Source: Eubacteriales bacterium
GTDB taxonomy: Bacteria > Bacillota > Clostridia > Oscillospirales > CAG-272
Length of the DNA: 59,247 nucleotides
Assembly (NCBI GenBank): GCA_045534435.1
Contig: JAZSJS010000030.1
Coordinates: forward strand, 1 to 59,247
Direction: 5' to 3'
Below are positions 1 to 9,777 of the stretch, one piece after another (position 1 is the stretch's first letter; each line of letters begins with the position of its first letter). The notes below the pieces were generated by a model that ran no database searches, was not told where the DNA came from, and saw only the letters and a list, made by a program, of their open reading frames with translations. A program made the position numbers and the translations under genes.

Positions 1-1
1 G

Positions 2-778
2 AAGGTTGAAGAGGCAGCACGCGTGCTGGATATCACTCACTTGCTGGACCGTAAGCCGAAGGCTCTTTCGGGTGGTCAGAAGCAGCGTGTGGCACTCGGT
101 CGTGCAATCGTCCGTGATCCTCAGGTATTCTTGCTTGACGAGCCGCTTTCCAACTTGGACGCAAAGCTTCGTGCAGCAATGAGAACCGAGCTGACCAAGC
201 TCCATAATCGCGTTGTAACCACGTTTGTATACGTTACCCACGACCAGGTCGAGGCTATGACGATGGCAACCAGAATCGTTGTTATGAAGGACGGTCTGAT
301 CCAGCAGGTAGATACGCCTCAGAAGCTGTACGCCGAGCCTGTCAACATCTTCGTTGCAGGATTCATCGGAACGCCTCAGATGAACTTCCTCAACGGTACG
401 CTTGAGAAGGTTGGCGAGGACGTATTCTTCAACTATGAGGGCAACGCACTCAAGCTGCCCGCAGACAAGGCAAACAACCCCGCTCTTGCAGAGTACATCG
501 GCAAGGAAGTAGTTGCAGGTCTGCGTCCCGAGTGTATCCATGACGATGAGCTGAACATCTCCAAGTGCGAGGGCGCTACGCTGGACGCATTCGTTGACGT
601 TACCGAGCTCATGGGTGCAGAGATCTATCTCTACCTCAACGTTGGTGAAGAGGGCAAGCTCACCGCTCGCGTTTCCTCCAGATCCACCACCCGTGCAGGC
701 GACACCATCAAGATCGGCTTCGATATGTCCAGACTTCATATTTTCGACAAGGACACCGAGCGTTGCGTTCTGCACTGA
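2..778 (+). CDS. Sugar ABC transporter ATP-binding protein, MalK/MsmX/UgpC type (5' end lies outside the window)
   Basis: Open from the window edge. ABC signature LSGGQKQRVALGRA, Walker B FLLDEPLSNLD, H-loop VTHDQ, then a TOBE-like C-terminal domain. A strong terminator follows. Confidence 0.9.
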   Translation, partial: KVEEAARVLDITHLLDRKPKALSGGQKQRVALGRAIVRDPQVFLLDEPLSNLDAKLRAAMRTELTKLHNRVVTTFVYVTHDQVEAMTMATRIVVMKDGLIQQVDTPQKLYAEPVNIFVAGFIGTPQMNFLNGTLEKVGEDVFFNYEGNALKLPADKANNPALAEYIGKEVVAGLRPECIHDDELNISKCEGATLDAFVDVTELMGAEIYLYLNVGEEGKLTARVSSRSTTRAGDTIKIGFDMSRLHIFDKDTERCVLH

Positions 779-795
779 TCTCATTTGAATTGTTT

Positions 796-830
796 CCGTT
801 GTCGGGCATTTGCCCGACAACGGTTTTTTT
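796..830 (+). terminator. Intrinsic terminator
   Basis: Perfect 13-bp stem CCGTTGTCGGGCA / TGCCCGACAACGG with a 2-nt loop, followed by TTTTTTT. Confidence 0.9.
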
Positions 831-929
831 GTTCTTTTCTCTTGAATCTGTTGAAAAACTCTTTACTTTTGGTTGGATTTGTGATACAATATAAAGGATA
901 GAAACAAAAAGGAAAGGAGAAGCGCTGAC

Positions 930-1955
930 GTGAATCTCAATGAGCTTTATTATCGCCGTGTGATCGGAGCGATCGGCGGCTCGCTTCTGTTCTTTTTGCT
1001 GTTTCTCAACGTCTTTGGCGTGCTGGCAGTCTTTTTTGAGGAGATCCTGTTGTTCTTTTCTGTGACGCAGTCGATGGGAACAGTGATTTACCAGCTCTTC
1101 TATGCGGCGGGATATCTGCTTTCCTTCATGATGCCGGTTTTGATCCTGAAGGCACTTTTGAAGCGAAACGGAATTGCGTATCTGCCGATGCGCGCGGAAA
1201 TGAAGCTGACCCCCTGGATCGTGCTGATCGTGCCGGCGGGTATTTCTTTGGTTTATTCCATGGCATATATCAACGGCGCGTTCGTTTCGATCTTTGATTA
1301 TTCCAAATTTTCCTCCGATGTCTTGTGGGGAAGCGTTTCGGATGAAAGGCCCGAGCTCTATCATTGGGTGCTGGAATTTATCACGCTTTGTCTGGTTCCC
1401 GGCTTTTGCGAGGAATTTTTCTTCCGGGGTGCGATCCTGACCAACTGTCTGCCCTTCGGACGTACCAATGCCATCCTGATCAGCTCCTTTTTGTTCGCCA
1501 TGATGCATCAGAATGCCGAGCAGGTGCTCTACACCTTCGTTGCGGGCATCGTGTTGGGTCTGATCTATGAACGGACGGGGAATCTTTGGGCCTGTACCGT
1601 GATGCACGTTTTGAATAATTTTGTCTCGATTTATCAAGGCGTTCTGGGGTATCAATTTGAAACTCTGTTTTCCGCCAAGGCTGCGGTCGTGGCTGCGGAG
1701 GTGGTGCTTCTTCTTGTGGGACTGATCTCGTTGGCAATTTTGATCGTTCGCTTCTTTTCTCAAAGGCCGCGCTTCGGAGACGGATTTTTCGGAAGATCCT
1801 TGGAGGCGGCAGACGGATACGCACAGTATCCCATCGAAAGACGCCGTGCGGTGAAGCTTTTTTTGACGCCTTGCATGGTGATCTTCCTTGTGGCGTGTGT
1901 GTTGCAAATTCTGCTTTTGCTTCTGTTGGCGGTGGCTTATGGAATGCTTGCATGA
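930..1955 (+). CDS. CPBP family intramembrane glutamic endopeptidase (CAAX protease / Abi family)
   Basis: Polytopic membrane protein with the motifs EEFFFRG, FAMMHQ and HVLNNF. GTG start preceded by GGAGAAG. Confidence 0.8.
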   Translation: MNLNELYYRRVIGAIGGSLLFFLLFLNVFGVLAVFFEEILLFFSVTQSMGTVIYQLFYAAGYLLSFMMPVLILKALLKRNGIAYLPMRAEMKLTPWIVLIVPAGISLVYSMAYINGAFVSIFDYSKFSSDVLWGSVSDERPELYHWVLEFITLCLVPGFCEEFFFRGAILTNCLPFGRTNAILISSFLFAMMHQNAEQVLYTFVAGIVLGLIYERTGNLWACTVMHVLNNFVSIYQGVLGYQFETLFSAKAAVVAAEVVLLLVGLISLAILIVRFFSQRPRFGDGFFGRSLEAADGYAQYPIERRRAVKLFLTPCMVIFLVACVLQILLLLLLAVAYGMLA

Positions 1956-2397
1956 TGAAAAATGGATGCGCATGGCGCTGAGTGAGGCAGCCATGGCGGC
2001 AGAGAAGGGGGAGATCCCCGTGGGCGCGGTCATCGTTTGCAACGGCGAGCCGATCGCACGCGCGCAAAATCTTTGCGAGGCCGAGACGCGCGCCACGGCA
2101 CATGCCGAGGTTTTGGCGATCGAGGAGGCCTGCCGACGGCTTGGTCGCTGGAGACTTTCGGATTGCACGCTTTACGTCACGCTTGAGCCCTGTCCCATGT
2201 GTGCGGGCGCGGCGATCAATGCGCGCATTGGCCGCATCGTTTTTGCGGCAAAGGACGCGCGCGCCGGTGCGTGCGGAAGCCTTGTGAACCTGCCGTCCTA
2301 TCCCCTGGAGACACGCCCCGTGTGTGAGTGCGGCTTGATGCAGGAGGAATCTCTTGCGCTGCTTCGTGCATTTTTCGCGGATCTGCGAAAAAAATAA
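1939..2397 (+). CDS. tadA: tRNA adenosine(34) deaminase
   Basis: N-terminus HDEKWMRMAL, zinc motifs HAEVLAI and LEPCPMCAGA. The start was moved to the ATG just before the conserved N-terminus. Overlaps the CPBP gene by 17 nt. Confidence 0.9.
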   Translation: MECLHDEKWMRMALSEAAMAAEKGEIPVGAVIVCNGEPIARAQNLCEAETRATAHAEVLAIEEACRRLGRWRLSDCTLYVTLEPCPMCAGAAINARIGRIVFAAKDARAGACGSLVNLPSYPLETRPVCECGLMQEESLALLRAFFADLRKK

Positions 2398-2449
2398 CGT
2401 TTACAATTGTTTTATTTTTGAACCATATGGAAAGGCTTGGTAAAAACTT

Positions 2450-3454
2450 ATGTCAAAGCTCATGATTCCCGAAGGCTACAAATCCTTCCTCTCGCTTCGT
2501 CAAACCGAATACGCGATCAAAAAGGTGAAGGACTTTTTTGAGAGAGATCTCTCCACACAGCTCAATCTCATCCGTGTGTCTGCGCCTTTGTTCGTGGATC
2601 CCAACAGCGGATTGAACGATGACCTCAACGGCGTGGAGCGTCCCGTGCGTTTTGATCTTTTCACGGGCGAGGATCTGGAGATCGTGCATTCGCTTGCAAA
2701 ATGGAAGCGTTTTGCGCTCAAAAAATACGGATTTGAGGTTGGAGAGGGTCTTTATACCGATATGAACGCGATCCGCCGCGACGAGGAGACCGACAACATT
2801 CACTCGATGTTCGTGGATCAGTGGGACTGGGAGAAGATCATTACCCGAGACCAGCGCAACGAGGAGACCTTGAAGGAGATCGTCAACTGTATCTATCAGA
2901 GCCTGCGCCATACCGAAAATTATATCGTCAACGAATATTCCTTCATCGGACGTCTTTTGCCCGAGAAGATCACCTTCATCACCTCTCAGGAAATGGAGGA
3001 CCGCTGGCCCGAGATGACCGCCAAGGAGCGTGAATATGCCGCGGCAAAGGAATACGGCGCTATCTTCCTGATGAAGATCGGTGGAAAGCTCAAGAGCGGA
3101 AAGATCCACGACGGCAGAGCGCCCGACTATGACGATTGGAGCCTGAACGGAGACATCATCGTGTATTATCCGATCTTGGACATCGCATTGGAGCTTTCCT
3201 CGATGGGAATCCGCGTGGATGAGGAGGCACTGCACCGTCAGCTTTCCGAGCGCGGCTGCACCGATCGCGAGAATCTGCCGTTCCATCGCGCACTGCTTGA
3301 CGGCGAGCTGCCTTATACGGTTGGCGGAGGCATCGGGCAATCGCGCATGTGTATGTTCTTCCTGCGCAAGGCGCACATCGGAGAGGTCCAATCCTCGCAT
3401 TGGCAGGAAAAGGACATCAGGCTTTGTGAGGAAAAGGGCATTCATTTGCTTTGA
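2450..3454 (+). CDS. asnA: Aspartate--ammonia ligase (asparagine synthetase A)
   Basis: 334 aa, class-II aaRS-like AsnA layout. N-terminus LSLRQTEYAIKKVKDFFE, and the motifs SAPLFV, GGGIGQSR and MFFL. Confidence 0.88.
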   Translation: MSKLMIPEGYKSFLSLRQTEYAIKKVKDFFERDLSTQLNLIRVSAPLFVDPNSGLNDDLNGVERPVRFDLFTGEDLEIVHSLAKWKRFALKKYGFEVGEGLYTDMNAIRRDEETDNIHSMFVDQWDWEKIITRDQRNEETLKEIVNCIYQSLRHTENYIVNEYSFIGRLLPEKITFITSQEMEDRWPEMTAKEREYAAAKEYGAIFLMKIGGKLKSGKIHDGRAPDYDDWSLNGDIIVYYPILDIALELSSMGIRVDEEALHRQLSERGCTDRENLPFHRALLDGELPYTVGGGIGQSRMCMFFLRKAHIGEVQSSHWQEKDIRLCEEKGIHLL

Positions 3455-3542
3455 TCATCAAGGGGCGGCTTCATGAATTGCAGAATTGCTTTTCCATGAG
3501 CCCGCCCCTTTCATTCACGTTAGGAAAGAAAAGAGGATGGAT

Positions 3543-4613
3543 ATGAAGCTGTTTCGCAGCGTTTTTTGTTGCTTTTTGGCAACGGTAACGCTTTGTCTCT
3601 GTCTGCTCTCCTGTCAAAATGAGGAGGCCGTTCCACCGTTGTTTTCTTGCCGCTCCCTGACATGGGGCGTTGGCGGGAGATTGCCGGAGGCAGAGGATTT
3701 TGTGGAATCCTTGCCACAGGGATATACCGTGCGCTTTGCAGAGGACTATGCGTTTTCCAATTTGGGCGACTATTCGCTCAAGCTGATTTTCACCGACGAA
3801 CGCGGAAGGGAGACCGAGCGTGAGGTCGCGCTGAGTCTGATTTTGGACGCGGAGCCGCCCACCGTCACGGGTGTTGCGGATCTTTCGGTCTGCGTCGGAG
3901 ACGGCATTTCTTACCGTGCCGGAGTGCAGATCTCGGATAACTGTGATGCTCCCGTCACCCTGACGGTCGATTCGTCCGCCGTCAATACCGCGGCAGAGGG
4001 AAGCTATCCCGTGATCTACACCGCGAAGGACGGAGCGGGGAACGTCACCACCGTGACCGCAACCGTCTACGTCTATTTGCAGGCGGTGACAGAGGAGATG
4101 CTTTGGGTGGAGATCGACCGACTGATCGCCACCAATATTCCGCAGTCGGCAACCGTCGAGGAGCAGGTGCGCGCGGTCTATCACTGTGTTTACGATTCGA
4201 TCGAATATACCAGCCATTCGGACAAGAGCAATTGGGTGCGTGCCGCATACGAGGGAATCCGGACAGGACAGGGCGATTGCTACACCTATTTTGCGCTTTC
4301 CAAGGCATTTTTGATCCGACTTGGCATTGAAAACATGGATATTCAACGCACGAAGGGGATCGTGGAGGAGCGTCACTATTGGAATTTTGTGAACGTCGGA
4401 AGCAAGGACGCGCCGAGGTGGTATCACTTGGATGCCTGTCACATTCTCGGTGAGCCCAAGCCCTTCGGATGCTTGATGACCGATGCGCAGATCGCCGCGT
4501 TCAGCGCGGAGAGGACCGATAGCAACGGTGTTTCCGGCTATTTTTACGCCTATGACACCACAGCGTATCCCGCAAGTGAGACAAGGGTCATCACCCCCAC
4601 TTTTTACGACTGA
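3543..4613 (+). CDS. Lipoprotein with an Ig-like domain and a transglutaminase-like Cys-His-Asp domain
   Basis: Lipobox LCLLSC after a signal peptide. Ig-like/HYR-like segment (EPPTVTG...YPVIYTAKDGAGNVTTVTATVYV). Transglutaminase-core pattern GDCYTY ... HYWNFV ... WYHLDA. RBS AAGAGG lies 6 nt before the ATG at 3543. Confidence 0.7.
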   Translation: MKLFRSVFCCFLATVTLCLCLLSCQNEEAVPPLFSCRSLTWGVGGRLPEAEDFVESLPQGYTVRFAEDYAFSNLGDYSLKLIFTDERGRETEREVALSLILDAEPPTVTGVADLSVCVGDGISYRAGVQISDNCDAPVTLTVDSSAVNTAAEGSYPVIYTAKDGAGNVTTVTATVYVYLQAVTEEMLWVEIDRLIATNIPQSATVEEQVRAVYHCVYDSIEYTSHSDKSNWVRAAYEGIRTGQGDCYTYFALSKAFLIRLGIENMDIQRTKGIVEERHYWNFVNVGSKDAPRWYHLDACHILGEPKPFGCLMTDAQIAAFSAERTDSNGVSGYFYAYDTTAYPASETRVITPTFYD

Positions 4614-4630
4614 CGAGGGAGAGGCAATAT

Positions 4631-6157
4631 ATGCAAACCAACATTCTTGAATATCTCGAGGCGACCGCTCCGCGCGTTCCCTCGAAGATTGCCTACTCGG
4701 ACGGAAGCTACGACATGTGCTTTTCCGAGCTTTTCGACCGTTCGCGACGACTGGGGAGCGCGCTTTTGCACCGCGGCTTTTCAGGCGAGCCGATCGCCAT
4801 TCTGATGACCAAGCATCCGCGTCAGATCGCGGCTTTTTACGGCTGTGTTTACGCGGGCTGCTACTACGCACCGCTCGACACCGATATGCCCGCGCACCGC
4901 ATGGAGGTCATTCTTGAAAGCGTGGGTGCACGCGCGGTGATCGTCGATGAAAAGGGAGAAAAGCTGATCTCCAAATTGAATTTTGACGGCGAGATCCTTC
5001 GTTATGCCGATCTCGCGGAAGAGAGTGCAGACGATCTTGCGCTGCGTGCGGTCAGGGAAAGGCAGATCGACACCGATCCCATCTACATTGTCTTCACCTC
5101 GGGCTCTACGGGCATTCCCAAGGGGGTGATCGCCTGCCACAGATCGGTGATCGACTACGTCGAGGCACTTTGTGATGCACTCGGATTTTCCGAGGATACG
5201 GTTTTTGCCAACCAAACGCCGCTCTTCTTTGACGCACCGCTCAAGGTGCTGATGCCGGTCATCAAGTTCGGTGCGACGGCATATCTCGTTCCCAAGCAGC
5301 TCTTCATGTTCCCGATGAAGCTTTGCGATTTTCTCAACGAGCACCGCGTCAACACGGTCTGCTGGGTGGTTTCGGCACTGACGATGATCTCTTCGCTCGG
5401 CGTGCTGGAGAAAAATCCGCCGCGCTATCTCACCACGGTTGCGTTTGGCAGTGAGGTGTTTCCCATTCGTCAGTACAAGCTTTGGAGAGAGGCACTTCCG
5501 GGGGCACAGTTTTTCAATCTTTACGGTCCCACCGAGGCGACGGGAATGTCCTGCTATTGGAAGGCAGACCGTGATCTGGAGGAGGGCGAAGCGATTCCCG
5601 TGGGACGCCCCTTCCGCAATACGGATCTGTTGCTGATCACAGAGGACGGCAGAAGAGCCGTTGCGGGAGAGACGGGAGAGATCTATCTGCGCGGCACCTG
5701 CGTGACGCACGGATACTATCGCAATCCCGAAAAGACCGCCGAGGCATTCGTGCAAAATCCGTTGCATGACCACTATCCAGAGACCGTCTACCGCACGGGA
5801 GACCTTGCATATTACAACGCGCATGGGGAATTGGTGTTCGTTTCGCGCAAGGACGCGCAGATCAAGCACATGGGACATCGCATCGAGCTTGGCGAGATCG
5901 AAGCCGCAGCCGCGCTTTGCAAGGATATTTTGCGCGCGTGTTGCGTATATGACGGCGAAAACAAGCGCATTTTATTGTATTATACGGGAGAGGTGAGCGG
6001 CGAGGCTTTGATCGCCTTTCTCAAGGGATATCTGCCGCGCTACATGCTTCCCGCGGAGTGCATCGCACTCTCTGAGATGCCGTTGACCCCCAACGGCAAG
6101 CTGGACCGCAAGCGTCTGGCAAGCGGCATGGATCTGCCCAAAAAGATAGAACGTTAA
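4631..6157 (+). CDS. DltA-like amino-acid adenylating enzyme (ANL superfamily), no carrier domain
   Basis: 508 aa. Motifs IVFTSGSTGIPKGV, LYGPTEAT, YRTGDLA, KHMGHRIELGEIE and PNGKLDRK. Size and layout resemble D-alanine--carrier protein ligase. Sits 17 nt after the previous gene. Confidence 0.8.
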   Translation: MQTNILEYLEATAPRVPSKIAYSDGSYDMCFSELFDRSRRLGSALLHRGFSGEPIAILMTKHPRQIAAFYGCVYAGCYYAPLDTDMPAHRMEVILESVGARAVIVDEKGEKLISKLNFDGEILRYADLAEESADDLALRAVRERQIDTDPIYIVFTSGSTGIPKGVIACHRSVIDYVEALCDALGFSEDTVFANQTPLFFDAPLKVLMPVIKFGATAYLVPKQLFMFPMKLCDFLNEHRVNTVCWVVSALTMISSLGVLEKNPPRYLTTVAFGSEVFPIRQYKLWREALPGAQFFNLYGPTEATGMSCYWKADRDLEEGEAIPVGRPFRNTDLLLITEDGRRAVAGETGEIYLRGTCVTHGYYRNPEKTAEAFVQNPLHDHYPETVYRTGDLAYYNAHGELVFVSRKDAQIKHMGHRIELGEIEAAAALCKDILRACCVYDGENKRILLYYTGEVSGEALIAFLKGYLPRYMLPAECIALSEMPLTPNGKLDRKRLASGMDLPKKIER

Positions 6158-6173
6158 GGAATTTACGGTTATT

Positions 6174-7607
6174 ATGATGATCGAACAGCTTCCGCAAACA
6201 AAAGCATTAACCTTTGAACGCGCCGAAAAATTCGGCTTGGAGCGAATTGCGGCGTATTACAGGGACTGTGACTACAATATTTGTGAATATTCGCTTGGCA
6301 TCAAGCTGATGTGCGCATCTCTTTACCGCTATCGCTTTGCCGAGGTGGCGGGATGTCTCGTTTGCCGCGACGAATATGAAGGGATCGTGTATTTCGATTA
6401 TCCCGTCGTTGGCCCCGAGGGAAATCTCGAGGAGGCGCTCTCTGCCATTGAGAGCTATTGCATGGAAGAGGATCTGCCTCTGCGCTACACCACACTCCCG
6501 CCGTCTTCTCTCGGACTTTTGAGCGCCCGCTACGACGGAGTGCGTCTGCGCAAGACCTATGAATGCCGCGATTATTGCTATCGCACGGAGGATGTTTTGG
6601 CGTTTTCCGGCAAAAAATATGCCGGACAGCGCAATCACATCCGCCGATTTTACCGCTCCTATCCAAACGCGGTCTTTCGCAAGATGACCGCCGAGGATAT
6701 TCCCGCGCTCGAGGTGTTTGCCAACCGCTTTGACGCCACCTTCCAAAAGCGCGGCGAGGATGCGGTCAATGAGAGGGAAAAGGCGTTTGCGATGCTTCGC
6801 ATGGACCGCGACGATCTGTTTCGTATCGGATGCATGGAGCTGGACGGCGAGATCATCGGCGTGGCGCTGGGCGAGAAGTGCGGTGACGTCCTGCTTGAGC
6901 ATATCGAAAAGGCGTTGTCGTCCGAATATGAGGGCATCTATCCCGCGCTTTTTCAGGCGTTTGTCACAACCTTTGGCGGGGATTGTACCTACGTCAACCG
7001 CGAGGACGATGCCGCCGATCGAGGACTCAGAACCTCCAAAATGCAGTATCATCCCGCGCATATTTCGCAAAAATACGACATGGACGTTCTCAATCTTCTT
7101 TCCTTTTTGGAGGAGATCCCGACGGTCGAGACCGAACGTCTCACCTTGACCGCCATTGAGGAGTCGGATGCCGAGGACTATCGCAGGCTTTGCCTCGACG
7201 ATGCGCACAACCGCTATTGGGGATACGATTATCGCACCGATCTTGGTGACGCGAGCACCGACGGATCCTATTTCGTTGACGTGGCACGCACCGATTTTGA
7301 CGGGCGGCGCACCTTGAATTTTGCCATCCGTGCCAATGGTGTATTTGTTGGGGAGACGGTGCTGTATCGCTTTGACAACCGCGGCGGTGTCGAGCTTGGT
7401 GTGCGGATCCTACCCGCCTTTTTGCGTCGCGGCTACGGCAAGGAATCCTTCGAGGCAACGGCAAATTGGGCAATTTACGGGCTCGGTGCCGAGCGAGTGG
7501 TGGCAAAATGCTTTCGCGAGAATGCGGCATCGGTCGCCATGCTCTCGTCTGTGATGCGACAGGTTGGAGAGGATGAAACTATGTTGTATTTTGAAAAGAC
7601 GGTTTGA
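6174..7607 (+). CDS. Fusion protein: DUF2156 (MprF C-terminal-like dupli-GNAT) domain plus C-terminal RimJ/RimL-type GNAT
   Basis: N-terminal ~310 aa carry DUF2156-type motifs (EYSLGIKLM..., DYCYRTEDVLAFSGKKYAGQRNHIRRFYRSY). C-terminal ~165 aa begin TERLTLTAIEESDAEDY and end RRGYGKE...NAASVAMLSSVM, a GNAT pattern. Sits 16 nt after the adenylase gene. Confidence 0.7.
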   Translation: MMIEQLPQTKALTFERAEKFGLERIAAYYRDCDYNICEYSLGIKLMCASLYRYRFAEVAGCLVCRDEYEGIVYFDYPVVGPEGNLEEALSAIESYCMEEDLPLRYTTLPPSSLGLLSARYDGVRLRKTYECRDYCYRTEDVLAFSGKKYAGQRNHIRRFYRSYPNAVFRKMTAEDIPALEVFANRFDATFQKRGEDAVNEREKAFAMLRMDRDDLFRIGCMELDGEIIGVALGEKCGDVLLEHIEKALSSEYEGIYPALFQAFVTTFGGDCTYVNREDDAADRGLRTSKMQYHPAHISQKYDMDVLNLLSFLEEIPTVETERLTLTAIEESDAEDYRRLCLDDAHNRYWGYDYRTDLGDASTDGSYFVDVARTDFDGRRTLNFAIRANGVFVGETVLYRFDNRGGVELGVRILPAFLRRGYGKESFEATANWAIYGLGAERVVAKCFRENAASVAMLSSVMRQVGEDETMLYFEKTV

Positions 7608-7639
7608 CCGTAGCTTTTTTCAAAAATGGACGGAAATGA

Positions 7640-7668
7640 TTGACAAGAAGATCTTTTTATGATATAAT
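7640..7668 (+). promoter_or_regulatory. Sigma-A type promoter for asnS
   Basis: TTGACA, 17-nt spacer, TATAAT, with an extended -10 TG (TGATATAAT). About 45 nt upstream of the asnS start. Confidence 0.75.
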
Positions 7669-7712
7669 AATAAAGTTAACAAATGACAGAAAGCTTTTCC
7701 GAGAGGTGGACC

Positions 7713-9107
<1,395 letters not shown>

Positions 9108-9120
9108 TCCAAATCAAAAT

Positions 9121-9146
9121 GGGTGCGCCGAAGGGCGCACCCATTT
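9121..9146 (+). terminator. Probable terminator after asnS
   Basis: GGGTGCGCC GAAG GGCGCACCC forms a 9-bp GC stem, but only a short ATTT tract follows. Confidence 0.5.
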
Positions 9147-9174
9147 CAAAAAAAGGAAGGGAGGAGACGCATCG

Positions 9175-9759
9175 ATGACCCATCCGTTTCGTCATTTTCA
9201 TACGATTACCAAGCACCGCCACCGTGTGATCGTTCACTGCTTCCGTGCCGGGATCGGCTTTCAGGGATTGTTTCACGATCTTTCCAAGTATGCTCCCACC
9301 GAGTTTTTGCCGGGCGCGCGCTATTATCAGGGCACACGCAGTCCCAACGAGCGGGAGCGCGAGGTGTACGGATATTCGGTGGCATGGATGCATCACAAGG
9401 GACGCAATCGCCATCATTTTGAATATTGGAACGACGTCAATCCGCAAACCAAGACCTATGAGCCGGTGCCCATGCCGATGCGCTTTGTGAAGGAGATGTT
9501 TTGTGACCGCATCGCCGCAAGCAAGATTTATCAAGGGAAAAACTATACGGATCAGCACCCCATCACCTATTTCCGTCGCGGAAGCGCACGCAAAAAAATG
9601 CACGTTGCGACGGCAGATTTGTTGGAGGAATGGCTTGTGATGCTTGCAGAGCAGGGTGAGAAGGCAACCTTTGCACACATCAAAAAAATCCCCAATCGGA
9701 AGGTCTATTACGAAAAAGACGAGCGCTTTTCAAAAGCAAAAGAGAGAATGTCAAAATGA
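9175..9759 (+). CDS. DUF5662-like conserved hypothetical protein
   Basis: 194 aa. Motifs HDLSKY, YYQGTRSPN and WMHHKGRNRHHFEYW, as recalled for the DUF5662 family. RBS GGGAGGAG before the ATG at 9175. Confidence 0.6.
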   Translation: MTHPFRHFHTITKHRHRVIVHCFRAGIGFQGLFHDLSKYAPTEFLPGARYYQGTRSPNEREREVYGYSVAWMHHKGRNRHHFEYWNDVNPQTKTYEPVPMPMRFVKEMFCDRIAASKIYQGKNYTDQHPITYFRRGSARKKMHVATADLLEEWLVMLAEQGEKATFAHIKKIPNRKVYYEKDERFSKAKERMSK

Positions 9760-9775
9760 CATTCTCTCTTTTTTG
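9741..9775. terminator. Bidirectional terminator between the DUF5662-like gene and pheT
   Basis: AGAGAGAATGTCA AAA TGACATTCTCTCT gives a 13-bp stem. It is flanked by an A-run upstream and TTTTTT downstream. Confidence 0.8.
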
Positions 9776-9777
9776 GA

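Noticed and set aside
708-2168. Long antisense or overlapping ORFs throughout the window, e.g. 708-2168(-), 3471-4871(-), 7620-8999(-), 10174-12174(+), 12128-13198(+), 18853-19929(-), 20832-22088(+), 24090-25130(-), 25188-26573(-), 31880-33316(-), 34497-35918(-), 36038-37168(-), 44304-45578(+), 47144-48334(+), 49414-50289(+), 50512-52116(-), 52134-53243(+) and 56886-58262(-)
   Set aside because: Each lies opposite, or out of frame with, a gene that has clear family motifs. They are Arg/Gly/His/Cys-rich and low in complexity, and lack start-site context. Stop-codon-poor antisense frames are expected in GC-rich coding DNA.
3462-3517. Long hairpin after asnA (AAGGGGCGG...CCGCCCCTT) as a strong terminator
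   Set aside because: The stem is good but no U-tract follows (TCATTCACG). It may allow read-through into the lipoprotein operon, so it is not called as a terminator.
4631-6157. Canonical dltA of a dltABCD teichoic-acid D-alanylation operon
   Set aside because: No dltB (MBOAT), dltC (carrier) or dltD gene is adjacent. The gene is instead coupled to a DUF2156/GNAT fusion and a lipoprotein gene, so it is reported only as DltA-like.
7608-7712. T-box or other riboswitch upstream of asnS (likewise upstream of asnA at 2398-2449 and azlC at 55588-55744)
   Set aside because: After placing the promoters, the leaders are too short (about 40-100 nt). None contains a T-box core (GGTGGTACC) or a terminator/antiterminator pair.
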